NCBI GenBank assembly: GCA_965112155.1
Contig: OZ218112.1
Direction: 5' to 3' (one strand)
DNA: 64,000 nucleotides
DNA from: Podarcis liolepis
Lineage: Eukaryota
Positions 23,273 through 36,821 of this stretch are shown here, in pieces. Numbering within the stretch: the stretch's first letter is position 1; each line of letters opens with the position of its first letter. The notes under the pieces are model-generated. The model was not told the origin of the DNA. It saw only the letters and a list, made by a program, of their open reading frames with translations, and did not search any database. Both the position numbers and the translations under genes were made by a program.

Positions 23273-24902
23273 CCGTATTTTTCGCTCCATAGGACGCTCC
23301 TGACCAAAAGACGCACCAAGTTTTTAGAGCAGGAAAACAAGAAAAAAAAATCTGACTCAAATTTTGTACTAAACTATTTAAAACAGCAAAGTGTGTGGCT
23401 CCTGTCCACTTTGCTGCTTTAAAGCGAGCCATGGTATATAATGATGAGAATGGAAAAAGGACACATTCCATTATAATGTAGCTGTTTTCATTATCACTGG
23501 GAAGTCAGTATTGGCAGCAGTCACAAAAACTAAAATTTGAGCATTTTACTGTTATTAATCAAGAATATTAATAGTCAGGGAGAGAAACCAGGGCTGTGCA
23601 AATGAGAAGTGCTTGGAGTATGGAGGAACAGCAAAAAGATAACAACAACAACAACAACAACAACAACAATAATAATAATTTATTATTTATACCCCGCCCA
23701 TCTGGCTGGGCCTCCCCAGCCACTCTGGGCGGCTTCCAAAAGAATATTAAAATACTGTGAAGCTAAAGATCAAATAATTGTGCTCCAGTTCCTAAATCTC
23801 TGAAGTTTTCTCAAAACAGGCATGGTTATTTTGAAAGGAAGATTCAGAATGGAGTGGCTGAGCAAAGAACAGAGGAAAAGAGGGCAGATAAATAGCTTCC
23901 ATTCAATACCAAGAGAACACAATGTTTTTGGTTTAGTATAGGTGGACTGTACTTGTAAGAATTTGTATAATGAATTATAGAGTTGGAGTGGAATATCAGA
24001 GCCTCTTTTCAGCAGTAAAGATTAGCTACTAGGAACATGGTCCACACACACACAGAATGTCTGGTTATAGCTGTGCAGTTTAAACTGTTCCTGAGCCAGA
24101 TACCTGCTCAGTTTTAGCTGAAATTACTATTACTGGTTTGTGGAGATGCTTTGCGTGTATTTATGACTATTTCCCCAAAACTGTTACTTGAAGAAATCCC
24201 CAAACTTACCATTTTTAAACTTCAAATGGAGCTCAGAATCCAGTTAGGCAATCCTTTGCAGTTGAATTAGGAGGCACTAAGAGACAGCAATTTGCTGCTC
24301 CCCACCCCCACCCTCCACCCCAGGAGCACACAGCCTTCCCTCTGCTTGCAAACCTTGCAAACCTTGTCGGGACTTCAGGGGAAAGCAAAGTCTGTAGGCA
24401 GAGCAGTGTAGCTCCCCACCCCCCACCCCCCAAAAGCACCCCAGCAGCACACAATCTTCCCTCTGCTTGCAAACCTTGCAAACCTTGTCGGGACTTCAGG
24501 GGAAAGCAAAGGCTGTAGGCAGAGCAGTGTGGCTCCTCCCCCCACCCCCAAAAAGCACCCCAGCAGCACACAGCCTTCCCTCTGCTTGCAAACCTTGTCG
24601 GGACTTCAGGGGAAAGCAGAGGCTGCCGGCAGAGCCGCGTGGCTCCTCCCCCCATCCCCAAAGAGCAGCCCGGGAGCGCACAGCCTTCCCGCTGCTTGCA
24701 AACCTTGTCGGGACTTCAGGGGAAAGCAGAGGCTGCCGGCAGAGCACCGTGGCTCCTCCCCCCAGCCCCAAAGAGCAGCCCGGGAGCACAGGACAACAGC
24801 GATTTGGCTCCAGGGAACACACATTCACTCCATAAGACGCACAGACTTTTCCCCTTACTTTTTAGGAGGGAAAAAGTGCGTCCTATGGAGCGAAAAATAC
24901 GG
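23273..24902. mobile_element. Non-autonomous Tc1/mariner-superfamily (Tc2/pogo-like) DNA transposon, 1630 bp
   Basis: Perfect 25-bp TIR CCGTATTTTTCGCTCCATAGGACGC / GCGTCCTATGGAGCGAAAAATACGG; TA duplication; subterminal repeat CTCCATAAGACGC ~24828; no transposase ORF. Confidence 0.92.
24295..24790. repeat. Minisatellite of ~110-121-bp units (about 4.5 copies) inside the transposon
   Basis: GGGACTTCAGGGGAAAGC at 24369, 24490, 24600 and 24710. Confidence 0.95.
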
Positions 24903-27555
24903 TATTTATCTACTTGCTCTTTGACGTGCTTTCGAACTGCTAGGTTGGCAGAAGCAGGGACCGAACAACGGGAGCTCACCCCGTCGTGGGGATTCGAACC
25001 ACCAATCTTCTGATCGACAAACCCTAGGCTCTGTGGGTTAGACCATAGTGCCACCTGCGTCCAACTTGCATACTTTATCTTAAATGTCACCCAGAACCTA
25101 GTGCAAGATGAAAGTTTTGCTGAACCAATTGGAAACAGTGACTGTGGTCCTGTCAAATTCAACATATATTTAAGTGGACAATTGCCAAGAAAGTCCAACA
25201 CAGATTGGGTTTGTTTGTTTGTTTGTTTTTGTTTTTTTTAAAAAAGGAAGATGAAAGGGAAAGTCAAGAGGGTCAAATATCTCAAAACCACAAGAGCAGA
25301 AGCTCAACTAGAATATACTGCAGGTAGTGTAGTTAATATTGTCAAATAAGCTGTTAGAAGCAGTTGCAGGCAAAAAGGCTTCTTGCAGGAAACAAATGTC
25401 TTGGCCAAACAAAGACAACAAGAAGGAACAAGACCTTTGGTAAAAGAAATGCAAGATTTAACAAGAGAAGTTGTCTGATCCATCCACAGAAGCATAGCTG
25501 CACAATATGCCCATCTATGACACACTATTGTCTGCACTAGAAGCCTAATTACTAGTTGTGATATCTTGCCCTTTTATTAGGCATTGTCACCAGCTTCTAG
25601 ATCTGACTGATTCCTACAGGGGTGGGACTGCTCTTTATTAAGGGCAAGATAGCCAGAGCCACTGTTAACACCAGATGTAACTTTAAGACCTCTTCTTTTT
25701 CCCTTGTAATTTTTATTTTTGTTTTTTTAGATTGCAAGCCTGATGGACTGTCTTAGAACTGATTTTTCTAAGTCCACCTGAGAGCCATTTTGGCTTAGGA
25801 TAGGTTACTAAGGCTGTGGCTAAAGTGACTTTTGGTGTAATCCTATAACACACACCCCTGAGATTTAATCCCAGGGCATAAATGCTGCAAGTAAATGAAT
25901 AACATTTCTGAAGGACTAGGCATCTCTTATTTGTTTTTAAGAAGATGCTCATGCGTCATGGCAGGCATCATTGCAGAAGAGGCATTTTTCCTGTATGTGG
26001 AAGAGGAGAGAATGCCACTTTTAATATTTTGTGCATTTCACTTGCAGGTATAAGCACTTCTTTTAAAACTATTTTATTTTTATTTTTTAAAAAGAAAGAA
26101 ATATGGTGCCTGATTAATAAAAGGCACCTTTAAAGTTAATTAAACATTTGTCTTCATCAATTAATCTAACAAAAAAAATCAACTAAATTGTATGGTTCTA
26201 CTAATTATCTGTACTGCTGTGCAGCAATGTAGCAATATTTTGTGTGGATTTACTTGCTGTTATTATAATCTCCCAAAGACAAATGACTAATGAGCTTCCA
26301 CTATGGAAAATGTCAAGACATTTACTGTCTACCGTCTCTGACAAATGGAGAAAACGGGATGTTTCATATTGCAACTATCCATGAGACCAAGTATCAAACC
26401 ATGAGTGAGGCTCCCGAAAAAACAAGAAAAAATAGCTGTATCTGTTTTTAACAACCTCCCTCATGGCTTCTTCTCAAAATAAGAAGACACACTCTTATTT
26501 GAGCAAGAAAAAGCAGCAGCTTTTCTGTTCCAGCACATTTTGCACGCTATGTTTCCATTCTAGTCCCTAAATAATCCATAGAGGCAAAAAAGAATACCTC
26601 CCAAAATTGGATATGTGCATTTCTCACAGCTGTTTATTGGTGTTAGTAAGCAACTTACTTTTCACATAATTAATCTTGTCACTTGAGGCATCATCCTGCC
26701 CACATCTTGTGATCAACCACATGCCAGCACTGCTCTCTACATGCTAGAGGAAGGCCCATGAGGGTTGGTGGTGGTGCAGAAAGAAGGGGTGCTGCACAGA
26801 ACTGGGTTACACACACCCAGCATGAAAAAATGAGGAGAGGGAGATTTGCTGGATGTATTATTAGGGCATCTCCAGACATCTAGACAAATCCACAGAGGAT
26901 ACAGCTGTCGGTGCCTACTACCCTGATAGCTATGTTCTAACTCCACTGTCAGAGGCAGGGTGCCTCTGAATACCAGTTCTTGGAAACAACAGGAGGGGAG
27001 AGTGCTTTTGTGCTTAGGTCCTATTGGTGGGCTTCTCACAGGCATCTGGCTGGCCACTGTGAGAACAGGATGATGGACTAGGAGGTGTTGGGTTATGTTT
27101 TGTGTGTATGTACCATGGAAGCTTCCCCCAAGCAGTTAAATTCACCATATGGAGCAGTTTAACAGTGTTCTCTTTTACTTGGCACACACAAACATACACT
27201 ATATACAATTGTTGTGAGTAGGTATCTCTCTCTGATCCCAGAGAGGGTTCTTTGCTTCAAAAGTTAAAGCTGTTCCAAAATCCACAGCAAGCCCTATGTT
27301 CAGCTGCTTCCGAAGTCCTTGCAGCCCTTCATAAAGTGTTTTGCTTTCTTCCATGATTCCTCCCGCACTTTTCCAGCCAGCAACATACCTAATACTGAAA
27401 CACTGTGACTTTTGCTCCTTATCTACCCAGGGGTACATGCAAATTCTGCCCAGCAACAGAGATAAGATAGCCACCAGAATTAGACAGTTGCATTGTGGGG
27501 AATGAGTCAGAATTATCAACTCATGTGGAATTAACCCATTATACACTTTCTTATT

Positions 27556-27924
27556 GGGTTGTGGGTGGCACTGTGGGTAAAATCTCAGTGCCTAGGACTT
27601 GCCGATCGTATGGTCGGCGGTTCGAATCCCCGCGGCGGGGTGAGCTCCCGTCATTCGGTCCCAGCTCCTGCCCACCTGGCAGTTCGAAAGCACTCTTAAG
27701 TGCAAGTAGATAAATAGGGACCGCTTTATAGCGGGAAGGTAAATGGCATTTCCGTGTGCTGTGCTGGTGCTGGCTCGCCAGCTGCAGCTTCGTCACGCTG
27801 GCCACGTGACCTGGAAGTGTCTTCGGACGGCGCCGGCTCACGGCCTCTAGAGCGAGATGAGCACGCAACCCTAGAGTCGGACACGACTGGCCCGTACGGG
27901 CAGGGGTACCTTTACCTTTTACCT
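27556..27924 (+). mobile_element. Full-length Sauria SINE
   Basis: tRNA-like head with GGTTCGAATCC B-box, (ACCTTT)n tail, 14-bp TSD TACACTTTCTTATT. Confidence 0.93.
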
Positions 27925-30819
27925 TACACTTTCTTATTAACAGATGGGCCATTCATCTGATGCAGTAGAATCTTCTTGTTACCATGTTCTTTTTATAGCA
28001 CACTCATGATTATTTGTGTTCATGGTGCTATCACAATAATCCCATGCAATCCCACTTTCAATACTGTTTCTACCTGAAGTTTTGGGGTGGTCACACTGCT
28101 TCATTTTCAAACAGTGTATGTCCTGTGACTTCCAGGTAAATTCCTATAACATTTTATACCACAAACGTTCTGGTTTGTTTCTGTTGCGCTGCTGCCTCTC
28201 TGGATAGCAATAATGCAGTAGCATTGGGGAAGCATCACAGAAAAACTAATAAAGCAGAATAAATCCACCAAGTTGCACTATTATTGTATCAAGAACATGT
28301 TCCAGAATACACCCACTGCAATAAAGCACCAGTCTGGAGGGGCTCTTAGTTGAAATGTGAAATGTTATTTAGAAGAACCTGAAAAGTAGGTCCAAATAAG
28401 GCAATTCTGTTTGCTTCCTGACATAAGAATGTAAGAAGGGCTCTGCTGGATCAGGCTAAAGCCCATCTTGTCCAGCAGCCTTTTCTCACAGCAGCCAAGC
28501 TAGGGGAAGACTGCAAGTAGGACTTGAGTTCAACAGCTTCAGCCAGCATAGCCAATAGTCATGGATGATAGGAGTTGTAGTCCAACAACACCTGGAGGGC
28601 CACAGATTCTCAGCTCAGCTCTAAAGTAAAGATGGAGAACCTGTGACCTTCTATATCAGTGGTTCCCAAACATTTTTGGGCCACTGCCCCCTGGTTCCAT
28701 AAATACATCCGCAGTGCCCCCAAGCTTCTAAAAACTTTATTCATAGTATCCATTTGTATAACCCACTAAGGGCAATGACAACACAATAAAATTCAAAACA
28801 GGAACAATTAAGTGCACATTTATTCAGAATCCAGTTGAAACTATTTTGATCAACTTTATGCAGCAATACCAGCTTTTCAAAGTCAGATAGTCCTTTAAGC
28901 CTCCAGCATGCCGGGGGGGGGGGGGCAGTACCATTCATTTTGAATACCGTTGTGTTGTTGTTGGAAAGCCAGCTAGCATGAGCTGAGTGCAGCAGTACCA
29001 CCAGTCAGCATGGCTTATGTTTAGGGATGGTGGGATTTGTAGTCCATCAACATCTGGAGGGCTCAAGAATTACCCATACCTGCTTCAAAGACAGTTAGAA
29101 GAAGCACTGAGTCAAAGTTTCCCGCCTGTGTTTTGAGTTGCACTCAGTGCTAGTTCTATAAAATATTTTCCCCCCCCAATAATAATAATAATAATGCTAG
29201 TTCTATTAGGCACAGACACAATGAAAATAATGGACATGACTTACCAAGGTCAAATAATTTTAAAAGGTCTGCTCTAGCTTAGTTGGATACAACTCTTTAT
29301 TTTATTTTATTTTTGCACTTTTAGTAGTGGGAGTGTGGGAAAGGGCTGCTGAATTATTTATTGTTTTGGAAGGAGGTGATATATACAGTCCAATGTATCC
29401 TTCCACTTTGGTGGTAACCCAGCTGGCCCAACAAAATTGGGGGAGTTTTCTACCCACCACTGTTTAACAGACTAATACACCCTCATGCATGTGCCAAAAG
29501 AAAATAAAGGGGAAAGGTTTACTTTCTTATTTGAAAAGAGAAATGCAGTCACTCCTAATTCATTTGCAGAGTTAAGTAGTCAAAGTGTGTGATTTAGAGA
29601 CTGCTAAGAAAGCCCAAGCTTTGAGGAGTCCAATATCTATCTCTGAAATAATGATATGCAAATAGCAATTCTGTTTATCTGAACACCTGATTATCTGGAC
29701 ATTTGGATGCCTTCCAGCCATTCAGCAAGACAGATTGCATTCTAGTTTTTAAGAAAATAAAAAATAAAAATGGGCAGATAGATCCTATCTCCTAGCTGGC
29801 GTCTTTAGTGAGGGTTAAATTGCTTATCTGTTCCCACTGATCATTCTTAAAATCAACCCTGTTACCATGTCACTCCACTGGCTGATCTCTCCAGACAGGC
29901 TATTTCTGGGATAATATTTTAATGCCAAAAAAATACTGGTTAGTCCGCTCAGCAACACAGTTTCTCAGACGTGATGGTTCCACACACTGAACCCATGCAA
30001 GAAACATTTTCTAATTAATTAACCTACGTGTCTCTTTTCTTCCCCCATCACATCTGTATACATCAGTACTGACATCAAATTGTCTGTTAACTTCATCACA
30101 ACTATTTCCTTCCCTGGAATTTCCCTGGGGCTGTATCAAAACCAGCTTTCCCCTAAATCAGAGCAGCAGCCGGATGTAAAGTAGGTACCTACTGACTGGC
30201 CCCTTCAGCATATCTCTGAGTGCAGATGGTAAGCAAAATGGTTATTAAAAGGTTAGAGATCCCTTCAGCTGACAAGATGCCAAGCCCAGGTGACACGCCT
30301 TCTACAAAGTGCTAATGGACATGGAGTCTGAAGCTGCAAAACTGTAGGAGACATTTTGACAGCTCAGCTGAGTGGCAGTCCCCAAAGGCAAGGAAATGCC
30401 TCAAATAAATAAATCATCATTTTTAAAGGAGACCAAAAACTAGACACAGAAGGAAACACAGCAACAGCAATAGCTGGTGATGTTTTAGCCGAGCTAACCT
30501 TAGAACTGTTTTCATGCAATATTTCTAGGAATGAAAAAATCAACGGGGAGTCGGGAGTGGGGATATTTTAGAAAAACAAAACAAGACAAAAACTTTATAT
30601 ATGAATTATAAATAATAATGGGTGAATCTGTAGGCTTCATTTCTTCTAATCTTCAATTCATTTCTTCACATTTACATTTTTAATAAAATAAATAAACACT
30701 CTCATGAAAATTCATCAATATTTTAGACCAATTTTCTCCAGATATGCACATATTTGCCTAATATACAAATTGCAAAGCAATTGCCTCAAATATAATGCAT
30801 TTTGCATGTTATTTTCACT

Positions 30820-31960
30820 ATTTATTCATTCATTTATTTATTTATTTAGTATGCCATCCTTCATCCATAGGGGTACAAGGCAGTTCACAACATAAAAATA
30901 CAAAATGAGAATGCAAAATACATACAGTGGTACCTCAGGTTACATATGCTTCAGGTTACAGACTCCGCTAACCCAGAAATAGTGCTTCAGGTTAAGAACT
31001 TTGCTTCAGGATGAGAACAGAAATTGTGCTCCGGCAGCGCAGCAGCAGCAAGAGGCCCCATTTGCTAAAGTTGTGCTTCAGGTTAAGAACAGTTTCAGGT
31101 TAAGTACGGACCTTCAGAACAAATTAAGTTCTTAACCCGAGGTACCACTGTAATAAAACAGACAAACAAAAAACCTCCTACAAAGATATTTAAAAGGCCA
31201 TAGAATGTGAATCGGCCAAAGGCCTAGTTATAGAGAAATGTTTTCATCTGGTGCCTAAAGATATACAATGAAGGCACCAGGCAAGTCTTTCTGGAGAGAG
31301 CTTTCCAAAAACAGAGAACAAACAGAGAAAAGGCTTGTTCTCATGTTGCCACCCTCCAGACCTCTTGTGGAAGAGGCACATGAAAAAAGGTCTCAAAATG
31401 ATAGTTGCAGGGTCCAGATCGGTTAAATGGGGAGAAGCAGCCATACATATAACGTGTTGCTGTAACCAAACCTAGAGGCTACCAGAGCATAGACAGCAGA
31501 AGTTAGGTTATCCCCATCCAGATAGAGGCACAGCTGTGCTGGCAGCCAAAGCTGATGGAAGGCACTCTGCGACACCGAGGCCACCCGAGCCTCAAGCGAC
31601 AACAAAGGATCCAGAGGGAGTGCAACTCCATCAACAGTAGGCAACCTCCCATCCATCCAATCTAGGGAACTGCCCACTAAGAGTGGCTCATTCTTATCTG
31701 GATTGAGCTTCAGTGTGTTGGCTCTCATCCAGTCCATTATCAAGGCAAGACAACAGTCCAGCATATCCACTGCTACATCTGCAGATGTAAAGGAGTAGAG
31801 CTGTGTGTCATCAGCATATTGCTGACAACGTACTCCAAAACTCTGGATAACCCCACTCAGCAGTCTCATGTATATGTTAAACAGCATAGCGGATAAAATT
31901 GAACCCTGAGGAACACCCCACTGAAGGCTTCATGAGGCCCCCAGCATCACCCTCTGGAAA
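30820..31960 (-). mobile_element. L2-clade LINE RT/3' fragment, interrupted by a MITE
   Basis: ORF 31423-31887 reads LFNIYMRLL...QYADDTQLY...WMRANTLKLNPDK; upstream GVPQGS motif; (TTTA/TTCA)n tail at ~30820-30848. Confidence 0.9.
30925..31150. mobile_element. MITE family A, opposite orientation to 13377
   Basis: CAGTGGTACCTC TIRs, TA TSD. Confidence 0.9.
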
Positions 31961-32609
31961 TAGCCATCTAAGTATGACAAGAACCAATGCAAAGTAGTGC
32001 CAACCACCCCTAACTCTAACTTCTACTCCAGAAGGTACCATGATCGACGGTATATAGATTTTTGCACACTTTACCCTTCTGTATGTATTTTTGCACACTT
32101 TATTCAAATGGCATATTGCACTGCAGAATTCAGAGAAGTGCAAATTTCAAAGGATGGCTGTGTTTCAGTTCATGTATTGTATCAGAAAGTGCAAATCAGG
32201 TGGTTTCTCCCCTAAATCAAATTTTCCTTCCCCCATCACTAATTGTAAAACAGTACCATGCTTTGAAGAAAGCACAGGTGAGATTCTCAAAAGCTGGCTT
32301 GCTTGCTTTTCTGCAGATGAGCCCATGATGAAAAGGAACTGACAGCAGGGAAAGGCATTCTTTCCTGCAATTTGGATGCTATCAGCTATTGAAGGCAAGG
32401 GTCATCAAAACCGCAGCAGTCTCTTCACATCCCTAGCATACTTTTCAAATGTCCTGCGGATACTTATCAGGAAGAAAACCCTCAAACCAAAAAAAAATCA
32501 ATATTGAGCACAAGCTTTTCATCCTGCCCAACAAATGCTGTTCACATGCAAACCAACTGCATGTAACTTTTGCAGAGAGAGATAAGCTACCCCCTGTGCA
32601 AGTTTGTCT

Positions 32610-32750
32610 AACTTGTCTCATCCCCCTGTTAAAGCTGTCCATGTTAGTGCTAGCAACAGCATGCTGTGGTAGCGAATTCCATAGTTTAACTATGGACTGT
32701 GTGAAGTTCTTCCTTTTGTCTATTCTGCAGTTCCCAACATTCAGCTTCAC
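32610..32750 (-). mobile_element. CR1-type LINE fragment
   Basis: Minus strand reads RIDKRKNFTQSIVKLWNSLPQHAVASTNMDSFNRG, the CR1-type ORF2 terminal WNSLP motif. Confidence 0.75.
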
Positions 32751-33585
32751 CGAAAACTCAAAGTTGAACACTCCATCAATCTAAGTCCAATACTCTTCTG
32801 AGACCCAAGTCCATTGTCTGGACATTTGCTCCCAGACAACCGGACAGGGAAGTTTATATAAATGAGGTCTCTCCCCCAAGCCATTAATGGGTTAATAAGT
32901 GTCTGCCTTTTAAAAAACTTTTTGGATGGGCTCCTATTTAAAAGACTGAGTATATGATGTTTCAAAGTCAAATGCAGCACAAATAATTTGAACAGAAAAC
33001 ATCCAAAATGTGTTGAATAAGCAATCATTTATAATTTAACCATTCAAGAAATAAGAATCATCTTGGACTAACTCTGTACACGAAAAAGGAAAGCTTGATT
33101 TTCTTAATGGGCAACGGTTAATATTAAAAATGCCTTAGGCTAAATGAGATGGTGAATTTGGTTGGATGTGATCCTTTCCTCCCTCCCCCCCATAACATAA
33201 AAATTAAATTAGTCGAAAGCTGAGATGCAGCAATGCAACGTGAAAAGCCTATCTTTCTCAATCTGAGAAGAGTTGCATTTGCTAAATACAACACACCATA
33301 CCCAGAGGGAAGCTACTGCATGACTAAAACTCTCACAAATTAAATTAGGGGCCTTAAGTGGGAGACAGTAAAACATACATGCATCGGGTGGTTAATGAAT
33401 GACAACAAAACAATCTTTGACTGTTACCAGGCTTGCATGATAACACATGGGTTCCTATCCTGCTTTGCAGGTGAGCTTTCCTAGCAGGGCTGGAGGCAAA
33501 ATGGATAGGGGGGAAAAGTTGGTGGTTAAGTTATGAGCAAAGCAGATAAGGGAGCCAAAAAGAGACAAAATGGTTGGGGTGGGTT

Positions 33586-33732
33586 CAGTGGCGTAGCGTG
33601 GGTTGTCAGCACCCAGGGCAAGGCAAGTAATTTGCGCCCCCTAACCCGTGGATTTGTGCCCCCTAACCCTAACCCCCAGATGTTGCGCCCGGTGCGGCCG
33701 GCCCCCCCTGCACCCCCCACGCTACGCCACTG
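33586..33732. mobile_element. Young hAT-type MITE, 147 bp
   Basis: TIR CAGTGGCGTAGCGTGGG/CCCACGCTACGCCACTG; perfect 8-bp TSD GGTGGGTT; CpGs retained. Confidence 0.92.
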
Positions 33733-34158
33733 GGTGGGTTGGTGGTCAGATAGTAGATCAGGCAAATGAGAACCAGAAGATCCAGAAGCAGAAGATGTGG
33801 TCAAGGATGAGGGGGTGGTCAGCTGTCAGATGAGGTGGGACTGGAGCCTGTTTAGTCCTTCTGTCATTGAACAAGACTAGGCAGCCAAACCTAAGAGATA
33901 TGTTATATAGGCTTCCAATTGGGTCCTCAGGTAACATCGTTCCTCTTTGGCTGTATGGCTTAAGTTTTCCTCTGAGCTTTCCTCTTGGCACAGTGCTGTC
34001 ACGTTCCCTTGCTGGAACATGTCAGTGCCTTATACACAGGTGAGATTTTGTCCAAAATTGCAATGAGAGGGAAAAGATGGACCTTACTCACCTAGCCACC
34101 CAGCACGCCTTCCCAGTGTTCAACACCATTAGATATTTACACAGGGCTATAACGTTTC

Positions 34159-34456
34159 TCCATTCTGAAGGAAATCAGCCCTGAGTGCTCACTGGAAGGA
34201 CAGATCGTGAAGCTGAGGTTCCAATATTTTGGCCACCTCATGAGAAGAGAAGACTCCCTGGAAAAGACCCTGATGTTGGGAAAGATGGAGGGCACAAGGA
34301 GAAGGGGATGACAGAGGACGAGATGGTTGGACAGTGTTCTCGAAGCTACAAACATGGGTCTGACCAAACTGCGGGAGACAGTGGAAGGTAGGAGTGCCTG
34401 GCGTGCTCTGGTCCATGGGTCCAGAGTCAGACATGACTAAATGACTAAACAACAAC
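34159..34456 (+). mobile_element. Bov-B (RTE) LINE, 5'-truncated 3' fragment
   Basis: Reads ILKEISPECSLEGQIVKLRFQYFGHLMRREDSLEKTLMLGKMEG; CTAAACAACAAC tail; 10-bp TSD ATAACGTTTC. Confidence 0.93.
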
Positions 34457-36609
34457 ATAACGTTTCAGCAGCACATGTGTGAGTACAATCAAATGTAAGT
34501 GGGTACAAATCATACGATTCGTCCTTGGGGGTTTGCTTTCTTTCCTGGAAATTGACCATATGAAATGGGCCTACATGTGTCAAATTGTAGACATGTGGGG
34601 CCCATTTGAATATTATATCTTTGTGTGCATAACCCTAAGGTGGTATCAGAGGTAGAGTACTCATGCCAGATCAGTGGACCAGTACTGCACGCTCACTCTT
34701 GCTCTCCTTTATAAGGAAGCAGTTGGGAAAGTATTTTCCCATGAGGCTGTAGTTTGCAATGAACCTGGAAATCAGGTGGGTGAATGGAATGTGAAACAGA
34801 GGGTGGTGGTTATGATTCTGTTCATACAAATCATGGTTTGATATTGCATCTGCAGTGAACCAAGCCAACAATTTCATCTATTGTAAACACTATAAACAGT
34901 GGTTCCCAATTACCTAATTACTGAGGACCTCCCTATTTTTCAAAAGCCAAGCCATGAACCCCTTACTTTTGAAAAATTAGATAACTCTATGGTAGTTACC
35001 TGTACAAAGCATTTTTATTTTTATTTTTGGAAGAAAATATGGGGTAACCCCTAATAAGTAAAGGATTTTAGGTATACTGTAAAACAGACCATAAAATTTG
35101 TGATATTACCACAAATTGCCCATCCACAGACAGTAGGAAAAACATTTCTCCATTGCTCCACTACAACTAAATTTTAAAAAGCAAGTGTCCCTAACTTGCA
35201 AGCATTCTATATGCAGAAGGCCTATTTTATGTGAGAGAGTATTCAAACATGCTATTCCTTACTTGTAATCTGAGATGGTACATCTTAGCATAACTTCGCA
35301 GCATATGGTTCTGCTGAGTGATCTTGCATCCTCAAGACATAGGTGAAGGCTTGGTCAGGGCTTGATAAAGTATTGGTGAAGACTGAGTAGAAAACAGCTG
35401 GAATTTTGTAATGTTGGTAATAGTAGTAGTAGTTCCAGTCATCATGATATATTGGCATATGCCAGTATTTAGCTGTTGATATATCACAATGTTGAAAAGT
35501 TTTGCCCAGCCCTAGCACTAAACTGTATCGTCAGAGGGTGAGCTGTTGTGCTAATCATAGTGGCAATTTGCTTAGCTATTTCCCATGTTGTACTTCCAAG
35601 ATGAGACATCAATCCCAGTCTCATAAAGCAAGATTCACGGAAACCCTACCTACAAGCAGTGATAGAGTCCTTTAAACTTGATAGTCATTGAAAGCAGTTA
35701 GTTCTTTTCAATTAAAAACTAGAAAGTGAGAAGGGATCCCTTATATTGTTTTGAATGATAAGCATATGAGCTGTTTGCACTCTTCCCCCTCCAATCGCAA
35801 GAGCCCTAAGAAACTATATCAGAGGTTTGTGCCCAATTCCAGCTCGCTTGCCATCCAGCAAATATTTCACATGTTTTTTCCCCTGCCAGCAAGAAGGTGC
35901 TGGTTGTGAGCAGAGGCTGGATGATCCGTGCAAGGCTTTCACTGTGCAATTAACAAAATAAGTGAGTCCCAGGCAGGGGATGGTGCCAAGGACCCCTTGG
36001 ATGTGTTACGTGGACCCCCAGAGGTCCCCAGACCCCTAATGGGGAACCACTGCTATAGAATGTTTGTTTGTTTAAGCTTTTGGTTTATCATCTACGCCAA
36101 CAGACCCCAGAACCTACACCTATAAAATGAAACAAAATAACACACACACACACACACACACATTTTTATAACTCAACACAGAAGAAAAAGGGAAGCATTA
36201 AATCCTCCATCAATTCCAGGCAATGCTCAGCAGCCGCATTAATCATTTCCTGAATCTGTTTGTTTTTGCTTTATTTATGCACTCATGGTTTTAAAAAAAT
36301 GATTATTTATTATTACATTACATTTATAAACCACCTTTTCTTCCAAGGAGCTCAGGGCATTACTATGTTGATAGAAATGTTGGCTAATGCTGTAGTTATT
36401 ATTGTTAGCAACTTTGAGCACAACATTGTTGTTCGAAAAGCATAATAAGAGTCTCAAATCAAATCAAAATTCTGCTGTGAAAAATCAACTAACAATTATT
36501 CACCCCACCCCACCCCTCCTCCTAAAACCTACCAAAAGTAGTGCCTCTCTTGACCTGCTTTCTAAAAGTGTATAGATGAAAAAGTCAGTGAAGAGGGAAA
36601 TCTCAATTA

Positions 36610-36821
36610 CAGTGGTACCTCAGGTGACAAACACCTTGGGTTACAAACACTTCGGGTTACAGACTCCGCTAACCCGGAAGTAATACCTCAGGTTAAGAAC
36701 TTTACCTCAGGATGAAAACAGAAATCGCGCACCGGCTAAAGTGGTACTTCAGGTTAAGAACGGTTTCAGGTTAAGAAGAGACCTCCAGAATGAATTAAGT
36801 TCATAACCAGAGGTACTACTG
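36610..36821. mobile_element. MITE family A variant
   Basis: CAGTGGTACCTC ... GAGGTACTACTG; TA on the left, CA on the right. Confidence 0.85.

Larger units (their letters stand above)
23055..25061 (-). mobile_element. Sauria SINE split by a 1.63-kb DNA transposon (SINE parts 23055-23272 and 24903-25061)
   Basis: (AAAGGT)n tail and GGGACCCCTG 3' end on the left; B-box GGTTCGAATCC on the minus strand at ~24989-24999; TSD CAACTTGTATA/CAACTTGCATA. Confidence 0.9.

Noticed and set aside
24233-25201. Cluster of 110-160 aa overlapping ORFs
   Set aside because: Derived from the GC-rich minisatellite and SINE; no DDE transposase motif.
27556-27640. tRNA gene (GGTTCGAATCC T-loop)
   Set aside because: It is the tRNA-derived head of a Sauria SINE bounded by a TSD.
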